A stretch of DNA of 42,825 nucleotides from Deltaproteobacteria bacterium (GCA_020351915.1 CP070673.1:4986278-5029102), one strand, 5' to 3'; positions 30,190 through 39,847 are shown, numbered from the stretch's first letter. A program made the numbers and translations. Notes: generated by a model from the letters alone, not told the origin.

Positions 30190-32259
30190 ATGAAAGAAGT
30201 TAGATACTTAAAAGTAACTAATGAGCTTGGCATGCATGCCCGGGCAGCTGGCCAGATAGTAGCCTTGGCTGGCAAATATGACGCCAGATTGTTTCTAAAG
30301 AAAGACACTCGAGAGGCCGATGGTTCAAGCATCCTGTCGATTCTTTCCCTGGCTGTGCCCAATGGGGAGGAGATCGAGGCCAGGATAGTCGGTAGGAAGG
30401 CAAAAGAGTTCATGGATGAGCTGGAAAGCCTCTTTATCAATAATTTTGGAGAAACCGAAAGTCGGCCGTATCGCCCTAAAAAGAAGGTAATGAAGGGATT
30501 TTCCGTTTCTCCGGGTATTGTTATTGGTAAAGCGTACCACCTTGATAGATCTAAGGCCCAGGTTTTTCACCGGAAACTGATCAATGAAGAAGAGGTACAA
30601 AGAGATCTTGCTCGTTTCAGGCAGGCTGTGGACATGGCAAAGGAGCAGATCCAGAAGTTTAAATCCAGTATCCCAGAGCGGGTAGAGGGCTATGCCTTCG
30701 TGCTGGATACCCATTCAATGATCCTGGATGATGCAATGCTCTTTGATGCAACCTTAAAGAGAATCCAGAAGGAGAAGATCAATGCCGGGTGGGCGTTGGA
30801 AAAATCGGTAAAAAATATCCATGTGCTTTTCAAAGAGGTCGAGGATGACTACATTGGGCGAAGAATGGACGATGTTGATAGCGTTAGTGAAAGGGTACTG
30901 CGGAACTTAGCAGGAGTAGAAGCAGAGAGCCTGGCTGACATTCAAGGCGAGGTTATTGTAGTAGCCCATACCCTTTCGCCGGTTGACATTGTTGAGATCG
31001 ATGTAGACCATGTGCTCGGCATTTTGACTGATGTTGGGGGCCGAACGTCACACATGGCTATTATGTCTGAAGCCCTGGACATACCAGTTATTGTTGGGTT
31101 GGAAAGGGCCACCGATGCGATCCTGCAGGGCGACATTTTGATCGTTGATGGCAATACTGGCGAGGTTATTGTTAACCCTGACCCCAAAACCATTCTTTCT
31201 TATGAGGATGAGATAAGGCGTTATGCCAATTACAAATCGGCCATAGATAGGGTCAAACATCTACCGGCCGAAACTCTGGACGGACACAAGATAACCGTCA
31301 AAGCCAATATTGAGTTTTTGGCGGAGGCTCAGGTAGCAATTGAGAGCGGTGCAGAGGGCATAGGACTCTATCGGACAGAATACCTCTACCTGCTTAAGAG
31401 AGATTTTCCAGATGAACAAACCTTGTTTCAGGATTACGACCAGATTGCCAGAATGGTGGCTCCAAATCCGGTTACCATAAGGACCCTGGATATTGCAAGC
31501 GACAGGATGGAATCAGAAATGGACGGGAGCAGGGAGGATAATCCTGCTTTAGGTTTAAGATCTATTCGATTTTGCTTGAAGGAGCGAAAGGTATTTAAGA
31601 CCCAGTTGAGGGCTATTCTAAGGGCCAGCAGATATGGCAATTTCAGATTGATGTTCCCCATGATATCAGGTTTGGAGCAATTTCTAGAGGCAAAGAAGGT
31701 GTTACGGAGTGTTATGCGCTCTCTCGACAAAGAGGGCATTGAGTATGATAGAGGGATTCCTGTTGGCATTTTGATCGAGATTCCCTCTGCAGTATCTATA
31801 GCAGATATTCTTGCAAAGCATGCTGATTTCTTTTCAATAGGAACGAATGACCTTATTCAATATGCCCTCGCCATAGACAGGGATAATCAACAGGTTGCCG
31901 GTCTCTACGATCCCTTTCATCCCGCTGTCATAAAGATGGTACATCAGGTGGTCAAGGCAGGCGAAAAGGAAGGAATTGATGTATCCCTGTGCGGCGAAAT
32001 AGCCGGTGATCCCCTCTCTATTTTGATACTGCTTTCTTTGGGATTGGAGGAATTCAGTATGAATATCGGCGCCATTCCCCTGGTCAAGAAAATGATCAGA
32101 ATGGTACCATTGCAAAAAGTGAAGGAGGGTTTTAAGGATATAATTTCTTTACCTACCAGTAAGAAGGTTGAGGATTTTGTCTTGAAAAGGGCAAAGGCTC
32201 ACCTGCCCGATATCTTTGAGGAAGATGTCTTTAGGTACCGGACCCCTGGCACTGCCTAA
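30190..32259 (+). CDS. ptsI: Fused HPr - PEP:protein phosphotransferase (Enzyme I)
   Basis: Residues ~1-88 are HPr (GMHARAA, DGSSILSILSL); then EI (GGRTSHMAI, GIGLYRTE, NPALGLRSIR, SIGTNDLIQY, CGEIAGD). Confidence 0.95.
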   Translation: MKEVRYLKVTNELGMHARAAGQIVALAGKYDARLFLKKDTREADGSSILSILSLAVPNGEEIEARIVGRKAKEFMDELESLFINNFGETESRPYRPKKKVMKGFSVSPGIVIGKAYHLDRSKAQVFHRKLINEEEVQRDLARFRQAVDMAKEQIQKFKSSIPERVEGYAFVLDTHSMILDDAMLFDATLKRIQKEKINAGWALEKSVKNIHVLFKEVEDDYIGRRMDDVDSVSERVLRNLAGVEAESLADIQGEVIVVAHTLSPVDIVEIDVDHVLGILTDVGGRTSHMAIMSEALDIPVIVGLERATDAILQGDILIVDGNTGEVIVNPDPKTILSYEDEIRRYANYKSAIDRVKHLPAETLDGHKITVKANIEFLAEAQVAIESGAEGIGLYRTEYLYLLKRDFPDEQTLFQDYDQIARMVAPNPVTIRTLDIASDRMESEMDGSREDNPALGLRSIRFCLKERKVFKTQLRAILRASRYGNFRLMFPMISGLEQFLEAKKVLRSVMRSLDKEGIEYDRGIPVGILIEIPSAVSIADILAKHADFFSIGTNDLIQYALAIDRDNQQVAGLYDPFHPAVIKMVHQVVKAGEKEGIDVSLCGEIAGDPLSILILLSLGLEEFSMNIGAIPLVKKMIRMVPLQKVKEGFKDIISLPTSKKVEDFVLKRAKAHLPDIFEEDVFRYRTPGTA

Positions 32260-32270
32260 GCAGGTTGTTG

Positions 32271-32726
32271 ATGGAGAAGAAGATTGTTTGCCAGAACAGA
32301 AAGGCCAGACACGATTACTTTATTGATGAGATCTATGAGGCAGGCATCGTTCTTGCTGGCTCGGAGGTCAAATCACTAAGGGAGGGGCGTGCTAGCCTGA
32401 TGGATAGCTATGCGCGGGTCAAGAAAGAGGAGCTCTTTTTGCACAATATGCACATCACACCCTATCCCTTTGCACACCACGTAAATCTTGATCCTAAGAG
32501 GACCAGAAAGCTTCTCATGCATAAGAAAGAGATCAAACGGCTGATCGGAAAAACAGAGGAAAAGGGGTATTCGCTCATCCCCCTGTCGGTATATCTTTTG
32601 AGAGGGATCATCAAGGTTGAGCTGGCTCTGGCCAAAGGGAAGAGAAAATATGATAAGAGACATGCCCTGAAAGAAAGGGAGACGAAACGGGAGCTCGACG
32701 AGTTGAAAAAGAGAGATCGCTCTTGA
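32271..32726 (+). CDS. smpB: SsrA-binding protein
   Basis: NRKARHDY, EAGIVLAGSEVKSLR, RKLLMHK, AKGKRKYDKR; adjacent to tmRNA. Confidence 0.98.
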   Translation: MEKKIVCQNRKARHDYFIDEIYEAGIVLAGSEVKSLREGRASLMDSYARVKKEELFLHNMHITPYPFAHHVNLDPKRTRKLLMHKKEIKRLIGKTEEKGYSLIPLSVYLLRGIIKVELALAKGKRKYDKRHALKERETKRELDELKKRDRS

Positions 32727-32752
32727 AAAATAAGATATATGTGTGTTATAAT
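32723..32752 (+). promoter_or_regulatory. Putative promoter of ssrA
   Basis: TTGAAA-18 nt-TATAAT with TG extended -10. Confidence 0.6.
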
Positions 32753-32790
32753 AAAATATATGGTTTCCTAACCAAGGTTCCTTGAAAATT

Positions 32791-33144
32791 GGGGGCGAAA
32801 CGGCTTCGACGGGGATAAAGAAGCTTAGGTTGCATATCGAGGTTCTGTTTGCTCGTTAAACAGGCAGAAATAAAATAAACGCAGATGATTATGCGTACGC
32901 TTTAGCTGCTTAAGCGGCTAACGTCCTGCCGTTCTTTCCTGCGAGGATGGATTTGGGCGTCGACGAGCAGGATAGCCAATCTGAGAGACCTGAATCTCAG
33001 GGAGGCGAATTTCTAATCAGGTTAGCCCTCTAGTCAGCTTGCCCGAAAGGTGTCTTGAGGGCGAACATTGAACATCGGGATATGTATGTAGAGGCCTAAG
33101 TGGACTATTTTCGGACGGGGGTTCGACTCCCCCCGCCTCCACCA
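32791..33144 (+). ncRNA. ssrA: tmRNA (transfer-messenger RNA)
   Basis: 5' GGGGGCGAAACGGCTTCGAC; 3' T-arm GGGGGTTCGACTCCCCC and CGCCTCCACCA; tag frame 32881-32913 encodes ADDYAYALAA-stop. Confidence 0.97.
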
Positions 33145-33180
33145 GACTTCGCTTCGAAACGAAGTGAAGATGCGAAGTCT

Positions 33181-33216
33181 GCCCGCAGAAGCCTTGAGCG
33201 ATGGCGGGCTTTTTTT
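33181..33216 (+). terminator. Putative intrinsic terminator after ssrA
   Basis: GCCCGC...GCGGGC stem followed by T7; preceded by a second hairpin AGACTTCGC...GCGAAGTCT (33144-33180). Confidence 0.6.
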
Positions 33217-33302
33217 GGCGTGCTCCATTTTATCATCCCGTGACCGCACTAGAGGTGAAATCTGCTTGAATCCCCCATCGAGGCGGGGTATATTTTCCTT
33301 TA

Positions 33303-34301
33303 ATGGACACGGCAACACACGCACTAACCGGGTATGTCATCGCGCGGGCGGGATTGAGCAAAGGTACGGGAAAGTGGGGTACCATAGCAGCAGTGACTGC
33401 TTCTATCTTTCCAGACGTTGATGTTCTGCTGGGAATATTTGGATCAGAATTCGCCCTCAAGTACCACCGGGGCCTGACCAATTCGGTTTTTCTGATCATC
33501 CCGTTTTCTTTTCTCTTTTCTTTTCTCTTTGTGAAGATCTCTAAGGTGAGAAAATTCTGGAGATTCTTTGTGATATGTGTGGTGGTGATTGTCGCCCATG
33601 ACTTTCTCGATCTGGCCACATCTTACGGCACTATGATCCTGAGTCCTTTTTCGGATTACCGGTTCAAGTTGGATTGGCTCTTTATCATTGATCCTTATTT
33701 TGTCGCTGCACTCCTATTTCCTCTTATCGCTTTATTCTTCTGGAAGCAAAAGGGCATAACCCCTGGCAGGGTTTCGCTTATAATAGCCACCCTTTATGTT
33801 GGGTTGTGTGCCTTTAATCACTCCCGAGCTCTCTCTTTGGCAAAAGGTTTTGCACAGGAAGAGGGGTTGGCGCCAACTGCCGTTGCGTCGTTGCCACAAC
33901 CCCTGTCTCCTTTCAATTGGGGGAATTACATCCTTACAGACCAAAGCATCTATCAAGGGTTCGTAAGCCTGATTGCCTCCGAGGATCGGAACCCAGGCAA
34001 GGAGAAGAACTTCTTGAGCCGTTTTCTGGCCCGCTATAAGCCTATCCGCCTGGCTCAGTACCAGGAAATACAGAGGTTTGATGACTCCCCGTGGGTCGAG
34101 AAGGCCTTAGAACTCGAAGAGGTGAAAACGTTCTTCTGGTTTGCGCGATTTCCTATTGTCAGAGATAGAGGGTTTGTAGACGGGAAACGGCGAGTAGAGT
34201 TCTTTGACCTTCGCTTTGGTTCGATCAATCAGAGAAGGCCGTTCTTATATGCAGTGGACTATGATGAAGCAGGAAGGGTAGTGTTTCAAGGGTTTCTGTA
34301 A
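33303..34301 (+). CDS. Membrane-bound metal-dependent hydrolase (YdjM/YfhP-like)
   Basis: MDTATHALTG, PDVD, HRGLTNS, HDFLD..TSYGT, IIDP, FFDLRF; several TM helices. Confidence 0.9.
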   Translation: MDTATHALTGYVIARAGLSKGTGKWGTIAAVTASIFPDVDVLLGIFGSEFALKYHRGLTNSVFLIIPFSFLFSFLFVKISKVRKFWRFFVICVVVIVAHDFLDLATSYGTMILSPFSDYRFKLDWLFIIDPYFVAALLFPLIALFFWKQKGITPGRVSLIIATLYVGLCAFNHSRALSLAKGFAQEEGLAPTAVASLPQPLSPFNWGNYILTDQSIYQGFVSLIASEDRNPGKEKNFLSRFLARYKPIRLAQYQEIQRFDDSPWVEKALELEEVKTFFWFARFPIVRDRGFVDGKRRVEFFDLRFGSINQRRPFLYAVDYDEAGRVVFQGFL

Positions 34302-34369
34302 GCACAGGGCACATCCCCCATTCTTTCCGGAATATACTCATTATCTGAATATTGCCCTCTATCAATTTG

Positions 34370-34642
34370 TTAGTGTCTCCGTTTGAAAAGTTCTGGATAG
34401 AGTATCTTTGCGCATGTTGGACAGATGGTATGAGTATATTTGCCCTCAAAATGATTTCCGAAGTACTTTAGCCGATCTTGCCAATTGTCATTACTATCAC
34501 GAATTTTTTTGCAATTTGCGCATGTAGGAAACAATGCGCTCAAGGTTTTGACACTTTGCAGCACATTTTCATGTTCTCTGTCAAATAATTGTCGCGGCCC
34601 TTGTGCCTGGTTATCGACCGATAATATCTTGTGTTTTCTCAT
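34370..34642 (-). CDS. Small protein with CxxC...H..CxxC domain typical of deltaproteobacterial signalling-protein C-termini (possibly a truncated response regulator)
   Basis: VKTLSALFPTCANCKKIRD..NW...YTHTICPTCAKILYPE; start MRKHKILSVDN. Confidence 0.7.
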   Translation of the reverse strand: MRKHKILSVDNQAQGPRQLFDREHENVLQSVKTLSALFPTCANCKKIRDSNDNWQDRLKYFGNHFEGKYTHTICPTCAKILYPELFKRRH

Positions 34643-35038
34643 TGTGTTTCGTTGAAGTTGGAATACCAATAAAATCGTGACTCCATTGGATGAATTCTCT
34701 GCTAATAATGTATATGTCTGGGTTTCGATGATTTTGTCTCCTAAAAGATATTGATGATCGTGCCTCTATAGCCAATGGAGCACCCCGTCTAGAAATTGAG
34801 AAATTGCTATTAAGAGTTTATAAATATAATATATAATAAACATATTGACATATAATTATGCAAGAATTATACCTGAATTAATAAAATATATGTAACTGAT
34901 GTTATTATTATAAAAAGAGGGAACAGAAGGATTCTTTTTTGGTAGCTGCTTATCTATTTCTCAGTTTAAGGACTAGCCACTCTTTTCCGAAATATCTTGT
35001 GAAACAAACTGAGAAACATCCCCCCGCCAGTATGAGTC

Positions 35039-35758
35039 CTAGCTGTAGAGCAACCAGTCCCGGAGCAAGGCAGTTACTGCCTGAGGCTGTTCCATGGCCG
35101 ACATGTGGCCACAATCCTCAATGATTGCGAGGCGAGCGTTGGAGATACGAGCCACCATCTCCTCATGGAGCTCTAGTGGAGTCAAGGTGTCCTGCCGGCC
35201 GCACAGGACCAGGGTCGGGCATTTAATTCTGCGCAGGTCATCGCGGCTATCTGGTCGAGCCATGATTGCTGTCTCCTGGCGCACAAACGCATCTTGACCA
35301 ACGCGCCCTGCCATCGACACGATCGCGTTGGTCAGCTGGCGGTCCTGGCGCCGGTTGGGATGAACAAGCTGCGGCAAAAGTCGCGGCATCACCTGATTGA
35401 ACCTCCCCTTCAGAGTCAGCTCAATCAATTCCATGCGGCCCTTGGTCTTTTCTTTGGTGTCAGCTCGGGCTGAGGTGTCGAGTAAGGCCAGCTTGGTTAC
35501 TCGCTCTGGTGCCCTACGCATAATTTCCAGCACCACATAACCACCCATCGAAAGCCCCGCTAGAGCAAAGCGTTCTGGCGCCTGGATCAGCAGTGCTTCG
35601 GCAATGCTGGCCATCGAGTCGTGCTGCGTTACATCAGCAACGGTGATCTCAGCGAGTTCGACCAAGTGCTTGGATTGATGCTGCCACAGGACACGGTCAC
35701 ACAAAAGGCCGGGCACTAGTATCAGGTTCTGTCTGCCCATCACCAATGGTTCCTCCAT
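35039..35758 (-). CDS. Alpha/beta-fold hydrolase
   Basis: LVPGLLCD, GLSMGG nucleophile elbow, CGRQD, DCGHMS. Confidence 0.93.
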   Translation of the reverse strand: MEEPLVMGRQNLILVPGLLCDRVLWQHQSKHLVELAEITVADVTQHDSMASIAEALLIQAPERFALAGLSMGGYVVLEIMRRAPERVTKLALLDTSARADTKEKTKGRMELIELTLKGRFNQVMPRLLPQLVHPNRRQDRQLTNAIVSMAGRVGQDAFVRQETAIMARPDSRDDLRRIKCPTLVLCGRQDTLTPLELHEEMVARISNARLAIIEDCGHMSAMEQPQAVTALLRDWLLYS

Positions 35759-35871
35759 TCTTAGGGTGGGTCGACCAGTCCCATTTTCCCCATTTTATAT
35801 GAACTAACGCTTTTCGAAAAGCAAAGATATTGCATAATAAAATCAAAATATTTTCAATAGACTCAAACTGT

Positions 35872-35914
35872 AAAAAAGAAATAGGGTCAAACTCAAACCA
35901 TTAGGGGTTGACCC
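35872..35914 (-). terminator. Putative intrinsic terminator downstream of the MFS pseudogene
   Basis: Minus strand AGGGTCAACCCC-loop-GAGTTTGACCCT followed by ATTTCTTTTTT. Confidence 0.45.
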
Positions 35915-36000
35915 TCCATATCATATAAGTGATTTTTAAATTGATCCATTCACTTTCGAGAGGGGATCGAGGGATTTCAGATCTACGGAGAAATTCTTCT

Positions 36001-37138
36001 TTAGATCTTTCCAAGTTCTCTCAATAAAACGCAAGAAAGAACCGTAAGTACCCCCAGAAAGAGAACGCCAATCTGGAAATTCCAGGCATCGGCTACTGCA
36101 CCCAAGATCGCTGGGGTGAACCCAAGTCCAACCGCGACCCCGGTGGCCATGTGGTTGCTCCAGTAAAGGTACCTCGTTCGTGTACTGTTGTAAGTTTTGA
36201 GATTGCCACGAGGACAGCCGGAAAGAATCCGGGGGAAAAAGTTGCCTGAAGAATGAGCATTGTCACCAAGAGGGGAAAAGTCTGGGAAACAGCCACGCCA
36301 ATCGTTGAAAGACCTGTAGCTACCAATGAAAAGAGGAGAATCCTTTTGACCCCAAACCGATCCACAAGAAACCCGGCTATGAGTGTCACAAAAAAACCGC
36401 CGATCCGCGAAAAGCCAAAGCCGGTATTGGCCATTTCCAGCTCGATTCCCTTCTCCTTGACGAGAAATAGAGGCATCATATCGTAGAGGCCGAGACTGCT
36501 TGACGCAGCAAAAATCAAGAGGATGGCTATGATCCAGAAATCCCTGCGACGAAGCACCCGTGAGAACCGAACCCGTTTTTCCTCCCGGGGACGAGGGTCT
36601 GGAGAAAGCGCCCAGAAAAAGATACCGACAATTACGCAGGCTGCACTCAGAACGAAAAAAAGGTCCTTCAATAGAAAAAAGGCAGGGCAAGGGCTGTGAA
36701 AAGTGGGATGGAGAGAATGCTAAAAGAGGCAGCCGTTTCATGAAATGCGATGGCCTTTCCCCAGTTTTCACCCCTAAAGATTGTGGTTAAAAGGGGAAGG
36801 GCGCTTGGCACGTATAGACGCGTACCAATCCCGACAAATACGGCAGCAGTTGCAAGTGAAGAAAAGGTTGTGGTGTATCTTAAGGAAAATAGGGCTGTCG
36901 CCAGAATAGCGAACCCTAATGCAATGGAACGTTTGTAGCCAATACGGAAGGATAGCAATCCATCTAAGGCCAAGGTTATGCTATAGCCTATGGACAGAAA
37001 AGAGAATATGCTGCCTGCCAGAGCATGGCTAATGGCGAGCTCATCTTCGATAAGGGGTAGAAGGGGAGAAATAACTGTTCTGCTGGAAAAGTAAACATAC
37101 CACAGACCCCAGAAGAGCAAGAGAAGCAAAGCTTTCAT
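36001..37138 (-). pseudogene. MFS transporter with two frameshifts
   Basis: MFS sequence continues across three ORFs (36668-37138, 36093-36671, end of 36001-36771); motif-A-like GLLSFRIGYKR and GFLVDRFGVKR; shifts near 36670 and 36150. Confidence 0.85.
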
Positions 37139-37504
37139 GCCTAAACTCTAAGCAGTCCTCAGATATTTTACAATCCCTTTATCCTGAATATTCGGACTGA
37201 AACCTCATTCTTTCCCCAGAAATAGGGAAAATGAATATCATATTTAGTGCCCTTGCTGAAGGCTTCGAACTGAGAGCTCACCTTAGAGTGCGCCTACTTC
37301 GTACTGAGAGCTTCATGGAACAATCAGGTGCGGGTTTACTAAGCAGAGCCTCGTAAGAAGGATCAGTAAAGAGATTGAAAACAAGGTGGAATCATCAATA
37401 AGATCGCAAAAAGGACTGCCTGAATAACGCAACCCCTTGACCGGAAAATACTTGAAATTTTTCTATGATGTTTAGGCTAAGATCTTTACACTTTTTGCAA
37501 ATCG

Positions 37505-37942
37505 TCAATCAAGAGTCTTTTCCAAGTTAACAAAGTCAGATCTATCAAAGCCAAGGGACTTAAAAAAGGACAAGAGGTCAGTTGAATCCCACTTGACTGA
37601 GGAGTAAACATTTCGTACATCCATTTTCTTAAATTCCTTGAAAACCTCCTGGGCCATCTTCTTTCCAATCCCCTGTCCCATATATTTGGGGTCAACACCA
37701 AAAAGCCCAATCCAGGCACTTTTTTCCAGACCAAATCCACCGTAGAGAATATAGGTGATCAGAAATCCTACCACGTTACTATCAAGTTCAGCCACAAAGC
37801 TAACTCTATTCTTATTCTTTACCTCTTCTTCAACAGCCCTCCGATAATCTATGATGCCGCGTTTCTCGGTAATTGCTTTCAGGATTTTGGAAATATCGGC
37901 GAGGTCCTGTTTCCCTAACCTTCTTATAATCAGCTTTTCCAA
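37505..37942 (-). CDS. GNAT-family N-acetyltransferase
   Basis: FVAELDSNVVGF, GVDPKYMGQGIGKKM, FFKSLGF; AGGAGG SD before TTG 37942. Confidence 0.9.
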   Translation of the reverse strand: MEKLIIRRLGKQDLADISKILKAITEKRGIIDYRRAVEEEVKNKNRVSFVAELDSNVVGFLITYILYGGFGLEKSAWIGLFGVDPKYMGQGIGKKMAQEVFKEFKKMDVRNVYSSVKWDSTDLLSFFKSLGFDRSDFVNLEKTLD

Positions 37943-37980
37943 TGCGATAGACCTCCTGCCATCTATATATAGTTTGTTGG

Positions 37981-38157
37981 TTAATCTGTCCTGATTATCT
38001 TTACGTGTTTTCCGACCCACTCTGGTGGAAGATAGATCCGACCGCTGTTACCGCTCAATTTCACCTCTTTTTCGAGCATTTCTTCTCCAAAGACCTCAAA
38101 TTTGACCTTTCTTACCTTCTCATCTGAGGCGGTCTCGTTTTTTCTTTTACTGTTCAT
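37981..38157 (-). CDS. DUF2080-family small protein (58 aa)
   Basis: Below the ORF-track cutoff. MNSKRKNETASDEKVRKVKFEVFGEEMLEKEVKLSGNSGRIYLPPEWVGKHVKIIRTD contains the EK.VK..GNSG.IYLP..W.GK.V pattern. Confidence 0.8.
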   Translation of the reverse strand: MNSKRKNETASDEKVRKVKFEVFGEEMLEKEVKLSGNSGRIYLPPEWVGKHVKIIRTD

Positions 38158-38548
38158 CAGTTATCCATCATCCATCTACTGTAACATCAAGATTGATTAA
38201 AGAAAATGGCCCTTACTAAGGTGCAGTTTTCAGAGATGCCTCTCATTGAGGCCGTACTATACTATATAATATCATAAAATATGATTATTTTCTAGCCACA
38301 ATGTGACTATTCTTTATCATTAAGAAAAGCGATATGGGATTGCAGTAAAGGATAGAGATGCTTGTGGCTCGATTCAAAAAGAATCACAGAGAAGAAAGGT
38401 GAAACCTGATCACGGTGGAGGTTGAATTTGGGGCTGTCAGACTGAAGTTCTAGTTTCTTTGCCACAGTAGGTAACAAGACCGTTCTTTCATAGCGATAAG
38501 TCTCATTCTGTATTAAAGGGGGGAAGGCTGGTTTTGAGGAACTTGCTC

Positions 38549-38578
38549 AAAGAAAAGAAGGGGCATGGCCCCTTCTTT
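38549..38578 (-). terminator. Intrinsic terminator of the ECF/CBM operon
   Basis: Perfect 11-bp stem AAAGAAGGGGC-ATG-GCCCCTTCTTT with T-rich tail on the minus strand, 27 nt past the stop at 38605. Confidence 0.75.
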
Positions 38579-38604
38579 ATGAAGTGTGCTTTATCCTAGC
38601 GCTC

Positions 38605-39462
38605 TTATTTATGCCCACCTCCGCCACCGTGACCTGAGCCTCCTTCATGGCCAGAGCTACTTGGCCCGCCAATTCCGCCCATACTGCCTGGTCCACTTGT
38701 ACTTGAAGATTCAAGGCTTTCAGCACCTATTCCTTGTTTGATTGCGCTAGAGTACATCCTTGCAAGGTCGGTGGGTGCAGTGGTTCTAGAGCGGGTCATA
38801 AACGAGGTTCTCATTGCTTTCATCTCTTTTGTACTATAACGGTGTTTCAGGGCCTGACAAACAACATCTGCGGCATCCTTGGAGGAGGCACCGAGGCGTG
38901 CCATATCCCTTGCAGCCCTGAACGTCTCTGTGGCAAGTTCAATTGTTTGAGCTTTCCTCATCTGTTGGGCCCTCTGTTGTAACCTCTCCATGATTTCGCC
39001 TACATCGTTATCATTCACACCCGCTGCAAGTCCCTTGGCTATCGCATTCCCGAGACTCCACATCTGGGCTTTCTCCTCTGTGAGTTTTCTAGCTTGCTCA
39101 TAGGCGAAGGCATAGCGAGACCTAACGTTTTCCATTGCTTGCACGATATCCCTGTCCTGCACCTGCTTGGACATTCCTTCATATGCCTTGTTCATGATGG
39201 GTGCTACAGGCAATCCTTTCTCTTGGGCGCTCATTATGATCGCATGCGCTCTCAGGGCATGCTCCTCTCTGAAGTGATGGTTCAGCATGAGCCGGGTCAT
39301 CTTTATGGCATCATCACTTTCTATGCCAGCGCGTATCACCTGTCTGGTACTTACTCTGAGTCGGTCTGTAACCTGATTCGATAGCTCTTCGTCCACCTCA
39401 TCCGCAAATGCCACGGCGGCACCAAATAAGAAGACAAAGGCTACTATGCATATACTTTTCAT
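38605..39462 (-). CDS. Secreted alpha-helical hypothetical protein with Gly/Ser/His-rich tail
   Basis: AAAGGAG SD; signal peptide MKSICIVAFVFLFGAAVAFA; tail GPSSSGHEGGSGHGGGGGHK. Confidence 0.85.
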   Translation of the reverse strand: MKSICIVAFVFLFGAAVAFADEVDEELSNQVTDRLRVSTRQVIRAGIESDDAIKMTRLMLNHHFREEHALRAHAIIMSAQEKGLPVAPIMNKAYEGMSKQVQDRDIVQAMENVRSRYAFAYEQARKLTEEKAQMWSLGNAIAKGLAAGVNDNDVGEIMERLQQRAQQMRKAQTIELATETFRAARDMARLGASSKDAADVVCQALKHRYSTKEMKAMRTSFMTRSRTTAPTDLARMYSSAIKQGIGAESLESSSTSGPGSMGGIGGPSSSGHEGGSGHGGGGGHK

Positions 39463-39493
39463 GTTCGCTTTCTCCTTTCCTGTTGATTTAATC

Positions 39494-39523
39494 TTATAAC
39501 GTATGATCACTAGAAAGGTTACA
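39494..39523 (-). promoter_or_regulatory. Putative ECF sigma promoter, internal copy
   Basis: TGTAACCTTT-CTAGTGATCATA-CGTTATAA; boxes and spacing identical to 40892-40921. Confidence 0.75.
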
Positions 39524-39845
39524 TGTCTGGCACATATATGCAGCTCTCGGAGCCGAAATCGTCACTTTCCTTGACTCTGCAGTGTGGTAGGTACACAACC
39601 CCGTCCACGATATAGAAATATTTGAATTCCCTGTGTGCTGGAGCTGTGGCTTCCCAAATCCTATCATTGCCATGTTTTGCTTTGTGAAGCTCGTAACGAT
39701 CCAGGGAAGATACAAAGAAGACATCCTTGGCATTGGGCCTTTTGAGATAAATATGAATCGTGTCCTCTTTCACTTTGTAATAATGGCTTGTGCATCCTGA
39801 AAGGATAAGCATGATGGCACCTATGAGTAGGACGTGGGTTTTCAT
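39519..39845 (-). CDS. Lipoprotein with CBM48/AMPK1-type glycogen-binding domain
   Basis: Lipobox LSGC; PNAKDVFFVSS...IWEAT...EFKYFYIVDG...ESDDFGSESC. Confidence 0.8.
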   Translation of the reverse strand: MKTHVLLIGAIMLILSGCTSHYYKVKEDTIHIYLKRPNAKDVFFVSSLDRYELHKAKHGNDRIWEATAPAHREFKYFYIVDGVVYLPHCRVKESDDFGSESCIYVPDM

Positions 39846-39847
39846 GT

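Noticed and set aside
33034-33324. Minus-strand 96-aa ORF containing WWRRGESNPRP
   Set aside because: This is the typical antisense translation of a tmRNA/tRNA-like 3' end.
34698-34725. dif-like site (ATAATGTATA)
   Set aside because: Only the central part resembles dif; the XerD arm TTATGTTAAAT is absent.
36668-36670. Selenocysteine read-through at the MFS TGA
   Set aside because: MFS homology resumes in a different frame; a 1-nt deletion in a Trp codon explains it.
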